This document shows positions 36,354 through 46,103 of a stretch of 64,000 nt of DNA, one piece after another. This stretch comes from Dehalococcoidia bacterium (GTDB taxonomy: Bacteria > Chloroflexota > Dehalococcoidia > UBA2979), in NCBI GenBank assembly GCA_964291495.2, contig OZ219872.1:576001-640000 (forward strand). Direction: 5' to 3'. The notes beneath the pieces were generated by a model. It was not told where the DNA came from. It ran no database searches and was given only the letters and a program-made list of their open reading frames with translations. How positions within the stretch are numbered: position 1 is the first letter of the stretch; each line of letters opens with the position of its first letter. A program made the position numbers and the translations under genes.

Positions 36354-39212
36354 GTGGGAGTCGTGCTTCAGAAACTCGCCAACCGTTCGTTGCTTGCCGC
36401 ACTGGCCCTCGCGCTCGCGATCGGCGCGGGCCTTGCCTCGGGCAGCGAGCCTGCTGCAGCCGAATCAGCGGAAGACTCCGCGACGATCACCACGACGCTG
36501 CACCCCGGCTGGAACCTGATCGGCTGGGTCGGTCCCGAGGCGCCCGTCGCGGACCTCTTCGAGGCGATCCCGGCGCTCCAGCGGGTGTCGGCCAGGGACG
36601 CCCAGGCCGGCGCTTACGTGCAGGCCCGCCGCCGCGGAGGCTCGGCGACGGGCGATCTGAAGCGGGTGAACCCGGGCATGGGCCTCTGGTTCTGGGTTGG
36701 CGGCAACGAGACCATCGAGTGGACGCGCCCGGCGGGGGCGGAGAGCGCGCTTGCGCCGCTCCACCGCGGCTTCAACCTCGTGGCCTGGTTCGGCGGGCCG
36801 CTCACCCCCGAGCACGCGCTCGCACGTCTTGGTGACGACCTCGCGCGCGCGAGTCAATGGAATTCCGAAGCGCAGCGCTTCGAGATGTACGATCCGGACG
36901 CGGCGAGGACCGCCGGCGCGCTCGCACTGGGCGATGGGCTGTGGATCGATGTCAGCTCGGCGGTCTATTGGTGGCCACAGGGGACCGACCCGCCCCCGGT
37001 CGTGTTCGTGGACGATCTGGACGCGGCGACGGCGATTGCGATCGCCACCGGGTACCAGCGCGCCCGCAGCCTGCTCGCTAAGCGCTTCGGCGTGCCGACG
37101 GCGGCCGAGGTCACGGTCTACATCTACGCGGACACGGAGTCCGTGCGTGCGGCCTACCGCTCCCGGATCCGGGGGGAACTCACGAAAGGGTGCAACTTCC
37201 GGTACGGGACCGAACTGCACCACTCGGCATCCTGTTACGGCCCACCCGGAACGCGCGTGGGATCGAGGTACCTTGACGCGGCGGCCGCGTACATCGCACC
37301 TGCCACGCAAATCCCGACGCCGGCGGAAGGCTACATCGGCTACGGGCCACGCTGGCTGCTGCGTGGCATGGACGCGTACGTGGACGCGGCGTACCGCGCG
37401 GAGTTCGGCGGCGAGGCATACGACCAATTGCGACCCGGGCTGATCGCCGGTGCGCGAGTAACCACGTCGCCGCTGAGCAGCATGGAAACGGTGGACGGCC
37501 AGCGTGCTGCGGGCGTGGGTGTGACCGCCGCAATGGGGTTCCTCGCGGTCGAGTTGCTCACCGAACACGCCGGCGAGCGATCCCTCTCCGAGTACTTCCG
37601 ACACCTCCCGTCCAGCGAGACCTGGCAGGAGGCGTTCGGGGAGGCATTCAAGATCTCCATCTCCGGCTTCTACGAGGCGTTCGAAGTCGCCCGCATCGAG
37701 CGCGCCCCGCTCCTTCCCCACCTCGCAGACCCGCTGGACGAACCGGCCTTCGTCTTCGTCGGCGACATCGCTGAGGATGTACAGAAGGAACTGCGCGCCT
37801 CACTCGATGCGAGTCGCGATCTCATTGCCGCGGAATTCGGGAGCAAGGCGTCGGACTTCACGATCTATATCGGCTCGGATGAGGAAGCCTTGATGCCCGA
37901 GTACCTGGCGGTTCGCGGTTTCGAGAACCCAGAGCTGTGCGGGGACTACGCCCTCAAAGTCATCTTCCAGATCATCACCTGCAAGAACCGCGATCTCGTT
38001 CTCGCGCACGAGTACGTGCATGTGTTGCAGAACCAACTCGCCGAGGGCGCCTCCTGGGGTCCGGCGTGGTTGACGGAAGGGGTCGCTGTCTACGGAGAAG
38101 CGTTGCACCGCGCGATCATCGGACAGGGCCTGACGGCGAGCGAAGGATTGGAGCTTAGGCGCCGATGGGAGCTGGCGCGCGTCATGGTCGCGGGCGATGT
38201 TCCCACGCTCTCCAGCCTCGAAACCGTCGATGACCCCGCCGAGCGTTCCCACTATCGCCTTGGCTTCATCGCCGCTGATTGGCTCGCGCAGCGCTCTGGC
38301 GGCGAGGCGCTTACCGACTACTACCGGCAGCTGCCCTCATCGGAAACCTGGCACGATGCCTTCGAGGGCGCGTTCGACATCACCGTCGGCGACTTCTATA
38401 CGGAGTTCGAGGACTACTGGCCTGAGATTGATCCGCTACTGCCACACCTCTCGGACGATCGCGAGGGCCCGGTCGTCGTGTTCCTCGGCCAGGTCGACTC
38501 GATCGCCCAGGCCGCCCATCGGTCCGCAGTCGAGAAGGTTGAGGCCCTCTTCTTCGAGCGGTTCGGAGTCGTGAGCGTGGAATCCACGGCCTTCGTCGGC
38601 GCGAACGTCGAGTCACTGGAGCCGATTCACTGGATGCTGTTCGAGCAGGAGCCGCAGACGGACTTCTGCTACGGTCGGACTGGGCCCGCACTCGCTTATG
38701 CGGCGTCATGCGACGACCCGCTGGCGCGATACCTCGGCCGCTTCTACTTCCTCATCGTGCGCGACGAGCTGGCGCCGTGGAGCGAAGTCCCCGTAGCTGC
38801 TAACGGCTACAGCCGCTGGGGCCCACAGTGGCTGTACCTCGGCGCTCTGGCGTATGCAGACTTGCTGTCCCTGGACGCAGCCGGGATCGCAGACTACGAG
38901 GACGAGCGCACCGCTCGCGTTGCAGTGGCGCAGGCGAGTACTGCTGGCCTCCGCACCATGGAGGCATCCGAGGGCTGGGACGCGGCCAACGAAGCGAACG
39001 GGAGCGGCTGGACGCTAGGTTTCCTCGCAGTGGAACGGCTCGCCGAACTCGCCGACGACGAGGCGGTTTTCGAGTACTTCCGCCTCCTCCCCTCCAGCGC
39101 GAGTTGGCGCGAGCCGTTCGAGGGCGCGTTCGGCCTCACGGTCGACGACTTCTACGAGGCTTTCGAGGCCTACCTCGCCGAGCTGCTGCGGTCGGAGCGG
39201 TCGGCGTCCTGA
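36354..39212 (+). CDS. Large secreted protein with three peptidase-MA-like modules
   Basis: Signal-peptide-like N-terminus, two LHxG(W/F)NL.. repeats, three GPxW...LPSSxxW.AF repeats; HEYVH...WLTEG only in the middle module. Confidence 0.75.
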   Translation: MGVVLQKLANRSLLAALALALAIGAGLASGSEPAAAESAEDSATITTTLHPGWNLIGWVGPEAPVADLFEAIPALQRVSARDAQAGAYVQARRRGGSATGDLKRVNPGMGLWFWVGGNETIEWTRPAGAESALAPLHRGFNLVAWFGGPLTPEHALARLGDDLARASQWNSEAQRFEMYDPDAARTAGALALGDGLWIDVSSAVYWWPQGTDPPPVVFVDDLDAATAIAIATGYQRARSLLAKRFGVPTAAEVTVYIYADTESVRAAYRSRIRGELTKGCNFRYGTELHHSASCYGPPGTRVGSRYLDAAAAYIAPATQIPTPAEGYIGYGPRWLLRGMDAYVDAAYRAEFGGEAYDQLRPGLIAGARVTTSPLSSMETVDGQRAAGVGVTAAMGFLAVELLTEHAGERSLSEYFRHLPSSETWQEAFGEAFKISISGFYEAFEVARIERAPLLPHLADPLDEPAFVFVGDIAEDVQKELRASLDASRDLIAAEFGSKASDFTIYIGSDEEALMPEYLAVRGFENPELCGDYALKVIFQIITCKNRDLVLAHEYVHVLQNQLAEGASWGPAWLTEGVAVYGEALHRAIIGQGLTASEGLELRRRWELARVMVAGDVPTLSSLETVDDPAERSHYRLGFIAADWLAQRSGGEALTDYYRQLPSSETWHDAFEGAFDITVGDFYTEFEDYWPEIDPLLPHLSDDREGPVVVFLGQVDSIAQAAHRSAVEKVEALFFERFGVVSVESTAFVGANVESLEPIHWMLFEQEPQTDFCYGRTGPALAYAASCDDPLARYLGRFYFLIVRDELAPWSEVPVAANGYSRWGPQWLYLGALAYADLLSLDAAGIADYEDERTARVAVAQASTAGLRTMEASEGWDAANEANGSGWTLGFLAVERLAELADDEAVFEYFRLLPSSASWREPFEGAFGLTVDDFYEAFEAYLAELLRSERSAS

Positions 39213-39221
39213 GCCGGGCGC

Positions 39222-40037
39222 CTACTCCAGCACCGAGTCGACGAAGGCGCGGATCGCGGCGAAGTACTCGTGGCGGCCGATCCAGAGGATGTCGTTGTGG
39301 CCGGCGCCCTCGATCGGGACGAACTCGCGCTGCTCGTTCTCGAGCAGGTCGTACAGCTCCGCCGCCAGCTCGATCGGGGCGAGATCGTCGGCCGCGCCGT
39401 GGATCTGCAGCGAGGGGATGCGGATCGAGCGGACCTTCGCCTCGTGCGCCTCGATCAGCTCGGCGGCGCCCGGCTCGTCTTCGAGGCCGAAGCGCGCGAC
39501 CGAGCGGCGCGCGCTGGCCGCGCCGCTCTCGATGATCAGCCCACGCACGCGATCGCCGGCGCGCGCGGCCACCTCGAGCGCGGGTTGGGTGCCCATGCTG
39601 CGGCCCATCACGAACAGCGGCCCGCCGCCGCGCTCCTCCTGCAGCGCCGCCGCGTACTCCAGGGCGGGCATCGCGTCGCCGACCAGCGCGGCCATCGAGG
39701 GCCGGCCGCCGCTCTTGCCGTAGCCGCGGAACTCGGCGACGAAGAGGTCGAGGCCGATCTCGCGGTAGAGGCGGTCGATGCCGTCGTGGTCGCTCACTAT
39801 CTCGCCGTTGCCGTGGAAGTAGAGCACCAGCGGCCGCGGCGGGGCGTCCTCCGTCCCGGTGTAGAGCCGGGCGGCGATGTGGATGCCCGGCTCGACCTCG
39901 ATCTGGTGGTCGCTGGCGCCGGCCGGCGGAGGCACGGGGTCCGGGCGCGGGAAGAACATCCACTGCGAGGCGCCCGCGCGGTCGAGCAGCGCGTAGTCGG
40001 GGTAGGGAATGCCGCCGTCGTCGCTGGTCTCGCTCAC
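39222..40037 (-). CDS. Alpha/beta hydrolase
   Basis: YFHGNGE, EFRGYGKS, nucleophile GRSMG, IHGAADD, GAGHND. Confidence 0.9.
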   Translation of the reverse strand: MSETSDDGGIPYPDYALLDRAGASQWMFFPRPDPVPPPAGASDHQIEVEPGIHIAARLYTGTEDAPPRPLVLYFHGNGEIVSDHDGIDRLYREIGLDLFVAEFRGYGKSGGRPSMAALVGDAMPALEYAAALQEERGGGPLFVMGRSMGTQPALEVAARAGDRVRGLIIESGAASARRSVARFGLEDEPGAAELIEAHEAKVRSIRIPSLQIHGAADDLAPIELAAELYDLLENEQREFVPIEGAGHNDILWIGRHEYFAAIRAFVDSVLE

Positions 40038-40041
40038 CGGC

Positions 40042-40974
40042 TCACTCCTCACCGTCCTCGAGGGCTTGCACGTGCTGGAAGCCGAAGCGGCCCTTGATGC
40101 AGAGATGGCCGCCGGTCACCGAGTGGTCGGAGGGCGAGGTGACCTTCACGATCTCGTTGTCCTGCACGTGCAGCTCGAGGTTACAGCCGACGCCGCAGTA
40201 AGGGCAGACGGTCGTCGTGATGGTCTGGCGCTCCTCGTCCCACTCGCCCGCGGCGCGCAGCTCGTGCTCGCTCTTGAACATCAACGCCCCGGTGGGGCAG
40301 ACGGCGATGCAGTTGCCGCAGAAGACGCAGGCCGAGTCCGGCAGCGCCGCGTCGAACTCGGTCGCGATCGTCGCATCGAAGCCGCGACCGGCGACGGCGA
40401 TCGCGAAGGTGTGCTGGGCGTCGACGCCGCAGGCCTCGACGCAGCGGTAGCAGAGGATGCACTTCGAGAAGTCGCGCACGTAGAGGTCGTTGTCCAGCTT
40501 CGCCGGCTGCGCCTGCGTCGCCGCGTGCTCGCCGTCCGGCTCGGCGTGGTGGCCCGGCCGAGGGCGCTGCGCCGCGCCGTCGCCCGCCGGGGCAGGCGGG
40601 CCGTAGCGCTCGGGCGCGACGCCGTACTCCTCCAGCCAGCGCCGCAGCTGCGGCTCAGCCGTCGAGAGATCGACCGCCGAGGCGAGCAGCTCGAGCACGA
40701 GCCGGCGGCTGTGCTCGACGCGCTCCGAGGTCGCCGTCACCGCCATGCCGTCCTCGGCCTGTCGCGAGCAGGAGGCGACCAGCGCGCGCGAGCCCTCGAG
40801 CTCGACGACGCAGGCGCGGCAGGCGTTGGCCGGCGTGAGGCCCTCGAGGTAGCAGAGCGTGGGCGGCCCGACACCGGCCGCGCGACAGGCCTCGAGCAGG
40901 CTCGCGCCCTCCGGCACCCAGACGGGCGTGCCGTCGACGGTCAGCTCGACCAGCGGCCGGGGCTCGCTCGTCAC
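40042..40974 (-). CDS. Formate dehydrogenase Fe-S subunit (2Fe-2S, 4Fe-4S dicluster and C-terminal molybdopterin Fe4S4 domain)
   Basis: PTLCY..CRACVVE..SC, KCILCYRCVEAC, CVFCGNCIAVCPTG, TVCPYCGVGC...LCIKGRFG. Confidence 0.9.
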   Translation of the reverse strand: MTSEPRPLVELTVDGTPVWVPEGASLLEACRAAGVGPPTLCYLEGLTPANACRACVVELEGSRALVASCSRQAEDGMAVTATSERVEHSRRLVLELLASAVDLSTAEPQLRRWLEEYGVAPERYGPPAPAGDGAAQRPRPGHHAEPDGEHAATQAQPAKLDNDLYVRDFSKCILCYRCVEACGVDAQHTFAIAVAGRGFDATIATEFDAALPDSACVFCGNCIAVCPTGALMFKSEHELRAAGEWDEERQTITTTVCPYCGVGCNLELHVQDNEIVKVTSPSDHSVTGGHLCIKGRFGFQHVQALEDGEE

Positions 40975-42809
40975 GGCGCGCTCCCCTCGGGCTCGAGCAG
41001 GCCGAGGTCGATTGCCGACTGGACGGCGATGCCCGCGGTCTGGCCCAGCCCGCAGATCGAGGCGTCGGTCATCGCCCTCGCGACGTCGCCGAGAATGGCG
41101 ATCTCGTCGCCGGCGTTGCCGTTCGCGCTCGCGAGGCGGTGCAGCGCCTCCGCCTGGCGCACGGTGCCGATGCGGCAGGGCACGCACTGGCCGCACGACT
41201 CGTCGCGGAAGAACGCCGCGATGCGCCGCGTCGCGTCCGCGAGGTCGACGGACTGCCCGAAGACGGTCACCGCACCCGAGCCGAGCGAGACGCCGGCTGC
41301 CCGCGCGTCCTCGAAGGTGAGCGGCAGATCGAGCTGCGAGACGGTCACGAATGAGCCCGCCGCGCCGCCGAGCAGCACCGCCTTCGGGTCGCCGCCGCCA
41401 TCGACGCCCCCGGCGAGCACGATCAGCTCACGCAGCGTCGCGCCGAACGGGACCTCGTAGACGCCGGGCCGCGCGACGCTGCCGGCGAGGCAGAACAGCT
41501 TCGTGCCCGTCGAGCCCTCGGTCCCCGCCTCGGCGAAGGCGGCGCCGCCCTCGAGGACGATCGCGGGCACGTTGGCGAACGTCTCGACGTTGTTGACGAG
41601 CGTCGGCTTGCCGAAGAGGCCGGCCTGCGTCGGGTAGGGCGGCTTGTTGCGCGGCTCTCCCCGGTAGCCCTCGATCGAGTTGAAGAGCGCGGTTTCCTCG
41701 CCGCAGATGTAGGCGCCGGCGCCGCGCCGGATCTCGATCGTGAAGCGCAGGCCGCAGCCGAGCACGTCGTCGCCGAGCAGCCCCGCCGCCTCGGCCTGCG
41801 CGATCGCGGCCTCGAGGCGCGCCGTCGCCAGCGGGTACTCGCGGCGAATGTAGAGGTAGCCGTGCTCCGCGCCCGTGGTCACGCCGGCGATGGTCATCGC
41901 CTCGATCAGCGCGAACGGGTCGTGCTCCATCAGCACGCGGTCCTTGAAGGTGCCCGGCTCGGATTCGTCGGCATTGCAGACCACGTAGCGCGGGCGCGCG
42001 TCGGCGTTCGCCACGTCGGCCCACTTGCGGCCCGCCGGGAACGCCGCCCCGCCGCGCCCGAGCATCCGCGAGGCGATCAGCTCGTCGATCACCCACTGCG
42101 GCCCGCGCTCGAGCGCCACCCGCAACGCCTCGTAGCCGCCCTGCGCGCGGAAGTCCTCCAGGCTTCCCGGGTCGACGAGGCCCACGCGGCTCAGCAGCCG
42201 CAGCCCTTCCGCGCGCGGCTCGGCGGCCTGCGGCGCCGAGACGGCCGCCTCCGAGGCCTCGTCCGCGCCTCCGTCGCCACGCAGCCCGGCCAGCACGGCG
42301 GGAGCGTCCGCCGCGGCGAGGACGCGGTCCTCGCCGGCGGCGATCTGCAGCAGCGCCGCCGGCGCGCGCTCGCAGACGCCGAGGCAGGGGCTCGGCTCCC
42401 ACGTCGCGCCCTCGTCGCCCTCAAGGCCGCGCTCGACCTCGGCGGCGAGCGCGCCCGCGCCGGCGTTGCGGCAGACGATGTCGTCGCAGAGGTGGGCGAC
42501 GCGCGGCGGGCGCTCGCGGGTGGAGAGCAGCGCGTAGGACTCGGCGACGCCGTAGGCCTCGGCCGGCGGGACGCGCAGGCGCTCGCAGACGTAGCCGAGG
42601 GCGCCCGCGCTGATCCAGCCGATCGCGTCCTGCACGGCATGCAGCGCGGGCAGCAGCAGCTGGCGCTCCTCGCGGGCCTGTTGCGGGCGGCCGCGCTCGC
42701 TGCGGCCGGGGCCATCGCCGCCGTGCGGGGCGGGCGGCGGCCCGAGCAGCGCGTCGACTGCGGCGCGCTCCGCCGCCGAGGCGGGAGTGGGGAGACGGTG
42801 GACTTCCAC
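40971..42809 (-). CDS. NuoE-NuoF fusion, NAD(H)-binding diaphorase subunit of formate dehydrogenase
   Basis: LLPALHAVQDAIGW, CDDIVC, CLGVC, GRGGAAFPAGRKW, NADESEPGTFKDR, GAGAYICGEET, ESCGQCVPCRIG, SICGLG. Confidence 0.9.
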   Translation of the reverse strand: MEVHRLPTPASAAERAAVDALLGPPPAPHGGDGPGRSERGRPQQAREERQLLLPALHAVQDAIGWISAGALGYVCERLRVPPAEAYGVAESYALLSTRERPPRVAHLCDDIVCRNAGAGALAAEVERGLEGDEGATWEPSPCLGVCERAPAALLQIAAGEDRVLAAADAPAVLAGLRGDGGADEASEAAVSAPQAAEPRAEGLRLLSRVGLVDPGSLEDFRAQGGYEALRVALERGPQWVIDELIASRMLGRGGAAFPAGRKWADVANADARPRYVVCNADESEPGTFKDRVLMEHDPFALIEAMTIAGVTTGAEHGYLYIRREYPLATARLEAAIAQAEAAGLLGDDVLGCGLRFTIEIRRGAGAYICGEETALFNSIEGYRGEPRNKPPYPTQAGLFGKPTLVNNVETFANVPAIVLEGGAAFAEAGTEGSTGTKLFCLAGSVARPGVYEVPFGATLRELIVLAGGVDGGGDPKAVLLGGAAGSFVTVSQLDLPLTFEDARAAGVSLGSGAVTVFGQSVDLADATRRIAAFFRDESCGQCVPCRIGTVRQAEALHRLASANGNAGDEIAILGDVARAMTDASICGLGQTAGIAVQSAIDLGLLEPEGSAP

Positions 42810-42814
42810 GGTCC

Positions 42815-44707
42815 TCAGCCGATCTTCTCGATGCGGATCGCCGAGGCCTTGAACTCTGAGGTGCCGGACTTCGGATCCCACGCCTCGATGGTGAGGCGGT
42901 TGGTGTCGACGTCGTCAGGGAAGTGCAGCGTCATGAAGGCGAGGCCCGGCCGCAGCTCCGTCGCGTAGCGCACCGGCGCCTCCAGCTCGCCCCGCCGCGA
43001 GCAAACGCGCACGCGCTCGCCGTCCGCCACGCCGAGGCGCGCGCCGTCCTCGGGCGAGATGTCGAGCGTCTCGGGAGCGCGCAGCGGCGAGCCGTAGTCG
43101 GCGCTCTGCACCCCCGTGTTGTAGGAGTCGAGGCGGCGTCCCGTCGTCAGCCGGATCGGGTACTCCTCGGTCAACTCGTCGACCGGCGGGACGTGCTCGA
43201 CGGGGTGGAAGGGGACGCGCGGGCCCTCGAGCGGGTCGCGCCAGAGCCGCCCGTGGAGGAACACGGATCCGGGATCCTGCTCGTCGGTGCAGGGCCACTG
43301 GATGCCGCCCAGCTCCTCGAGGCGCGCGTAGCGCATCCCGCCGTGGAGCGGCGAGAGGCCGCGCAGCTCGTCCCAGACCTGCTCCGCGTCCGGGGCGCCC
43401 CAGTCCGCGCCGAGCCGCCCCGCGAGCGCGAAGACGATGTCGAGGTCGTCGCGCGCCTCACCGGGTGGGTCGAGCGCCCTGCGCACGCGCTGCACGCGGC
43501 GCTCGCTGTTGGTCACGGTGCCCTCGGTCTCCGCCCAGGCGGCGGCGGCCGGGAGCACCACGTCGGCCATCTCCGCGGTCTTCGTGAGCACGATGTCCTG
43601 TACGACGAGGTGGTCGAGGCCGTCGAGCAGCCGCCGCGCGCGCTGCACGTCGGCCTCGGACTGCGCGGGGTTCTCGCCGATCACGTAGAGCGTGCGCAGT
43701 TCCCCGTGCTCCATCGCCTCGAACATCTCGGTCAGGTGCCAGCCGTTGCGCGGCGGCACCGTCACGCCCCACGCCGCCTCGAAACGGGCGCGGGCCGCGT
43801 CATCCTCGACGTCCTGGAAGCCCGGCAGGCGGTTCGGCACCGCGCCCATGTCGCCGCCGCCCTGCACGTTGTTCTGGCCGCGCAGCGGGTTGACGCCGGA
43901 TCCGAGGCGGCCCACGTGGCCGGTGAGCAGCGCGAGGTTGATGAGGGCGAGCACGTGGTCCGTGGCGTTGTGATGCTCGGTGATGCCGAGCGTCCAGCAG
44001 AGCTGCGCCGTTTCGGCGCTGCCGTAGGCGTGGGCCAGCTCGCGGACCGCCTCGGCCGGCACGCCCGAGATCGCCTCCGCGCGCTCCAGCGTGTACGGCT
44101 CGACGGACTCGCGGTACGCCTCGAAGTACTCGGTCGCCCGCTCGACGAACTCGCGGTGGGCGAGGCCGGCGTGGATGATCTCGCGCCCGACGGCGTTCGC
44201 GAGCGCGATGTCGGCGCCGACGTCGGGACCGAGCCAGAGGTCGGCCCACTCCGAGGTGGTGGTGCGGCGGGGATCGACGACGATCAGCCGCGCGCCGTTG
44301 CGGATGCCCGTGAGCACGTGGTGGAAGTAGATCGGGTGCGTCTCGCGGGCATTCGAGCCCCAGAGCACGATCAGGTCGGTGTCCTCAGTCTCCTCGTAGG
44401 AGCTGGTCCCGCCTCCCAGGCCAAACACCATCGCCAGACCGGCGACGCTGGGCGCGTGTCAGGTGCGATTGCAGCTGTCGATGTTGTTGCTGCCGATGAC
44501 GGCGCGGGCGAGCTTCTGCGCGGCGTAGTTCAGCTCGTTCGTGCCTTTCGAGCAGCTGAACAGGCCGAACGAGTGCGGGCCATGCGCCTCCGTCGCGCGC
44601 TTGATGCCCTCGGCGGCCCGGTCGAGCGCCTCGTCCCACGAGGCGCGGCGCAGCTCGCCGCCCTCGCGGACGAGTGGATGCGTCAAGCGGGTATAGCGCC
44701 GGCCCAT
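42815..44707 (-). CDS. Selenocysteine-containing Mo/W formate dehydrogenase catalytic subunit (630 aa; Sec at TGA 44461-44459)
   Basis: ORFs 44459-44707 and 42815-44431 are in frame and read NNIDSCNRT-U-HAPSVAGL; also LRGQNNVQG, GTVTNSERRVQ, LTTGR and a SECIS hairpin. Confidence 0.93.
44429..44447 (-). promoter_or_regulatory. Bacterial SECIS element
   Basis: CGTCGCC-GGTCT-GGCGATG stem-loop starting 11 nt 3' of the in-frame UGA; GGUCU matches the apical sequence of the E. coli fdhF SECIS. Confidence 0.85.
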
Positions 44708-44831
44708 CGCGAACCTCCCGGTCGCTCGGACCGCTCAGGATACGACTCGGGGGGAGGCCTTGCCTCCCCTCAGCGGTATCATGCGCACGGCGCCCGCGGG
44801 CGCGAGCGCGGGCGAAAGGTGCGCCGAGCCG

Positions 44832-46055
44832 ATGACGAACCCCGGCGCACCGCGCACGGAATCAGGCGTCTCGCCGGACCCGCGAACGAGCGGGGCCGCG
44901 TCCGGCTCCGCGCTCTGGACACTCGACTTCACCCTCAACGCGCTCGGCACGGTCGGCTTCTTCGGCAGCTTCTTCTACCTGCTCTCGGTGCTGCCCGAGT
45001 ACATCGACTCGATCGGTGGGGAGAAGTGGCAGATCGGCGTGATCGTGGGCGGCTTCGGGTTCGTGCCCCTGGTGCTGCGGCCCTTCGTGGGCCGCTGGAG
45101 CGACCGCGGACACCGCAAGCGCCTGCAGCGCATCGGCATCCTGACGATGGTCGTGGCGACCGCACTGATGGTGTTCTCGGAGGACGTGATCTCGCTGTTC
45201 GTCTTGCGGGTTGGGCAGGGCATCGGCATGGCGCTGTTCCCCACCGCGGCCGCCTCGATGGCCGCCGAGTTGGCTCCGCCCGCCCGGCGCGGCGAGGGCC
45301 TGGGCTACTTCGGGATGTCGACGAGCTCCGCGCAGATGATCACGCCGGCCCTGGGCGTCGCGATCGCCGGGCTGTGGGGCTTCGACGCGGTCTTCATCGT
45401 CGCCGCCGCGACCGCCCTCGTGACGCTGCTGGTGGTGCAGCCGATCGACGAGCCCGCCAGCGAGGCGCAGGCCGAGGACGGCTCCGCGCTCATCGCGCGG
45501 CGCGCGATCTTCCCGATGCTGATCTTCCTCTCGGTTACGTTCTCGATCGTCGCCGCCTCGGCGTTCCTGCCACTGCACGGCAGCGACCGAGGGCTCGGCA
45601 ACGTCGGGTTGTTCTTCCTCGTCTCCGGCGCCGGCGCGATCGTGGTCCGGCCCGTCGCCGGGCGGGTCTCCGACGGGTTGGGCCGCGTGCCGGTGGCCGT
45701 GCCCGGGCTGGTGCTGAGTTGCGCCGGGATGTGGCTTGTCGCGGTCGCGCAGTCGCCGCCGATGCTCTGGTTTGCCGCTGCGCTGGTCGGGCTCGGCCTC
45801 GGCGCATCGCACACCAGCCTGCTCTCGCTCGCCGTCGACCGCGTGCCGGCCAGCGAGAAGGGGCGCGCAGCGGCGGTGCTGCAGCTCGCGTGGGACCTCG
45901 GAGGGTTGTCCGGCGCGATCACGCTCGGCGTCGTCGCGACGCTGCTCGGCGTCGTCTCCGTGTTCTGGGCGGCGGGCCTGATCGTGCTGGCCGCCCTGCT
46001 CACGCTGCTCGCCGCCTCGATTCGCGGCAGGCTGGCGCTGACCGCCACGGACTGA
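44832..46055 (+). CDS. MFS transporter
   Basis: GRWSDRGHRK, RRGEGLGYFG, GRVSDGLGR; about 12 TM segments. Confidence 0.9.
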   Translation: MTNPGAPRTESGVSPDPRTSGAASGSALWTLDFTLNALGTVGFFGSFFYLLSVLPEYIDSIGGEKWQIGVIVGGFGFVPLVLRPFVGRWSDRGHRKRLQRIGILTMVVATALMVFSEDVISLFVLRVGQGIGMALFPTAAASMAAELAPPARRGEGLGYFGMSTSSAQMITPALGVAIAGLWGFDAVFIVAAATALVTLLVVQPIDEPASEAQAEDGSALIARRAIFPMLIFLSVTFSIVAASAFLPLHGSDRGLGNVGLFFLVSGAGAIVVRPVAGRVSDGLGRVPVAVPGLVLSCAGMWLVAVAQSPPMLWFAAALVGLGLGASHTSLLSLAVDRVPASEKGRAAAVLQLAWDLGGLSGAITLGVVATLLGVVSVFWAAGLIVLAALLTLLAASIRGRLALTATD

Positions 46056-46103
46056 GCGGCCGCACCCGGCTCGCGAGGGCAGCCCGCCCGCTACGCCCCG
46101 TGC

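Noticed and set aside
44459-44707. Separate 82-aa gene or FDH pseudogene
   Set aside because: The stop is an in-frame TGA at the catalytic Sec position with a SECIS, so it is one gene.
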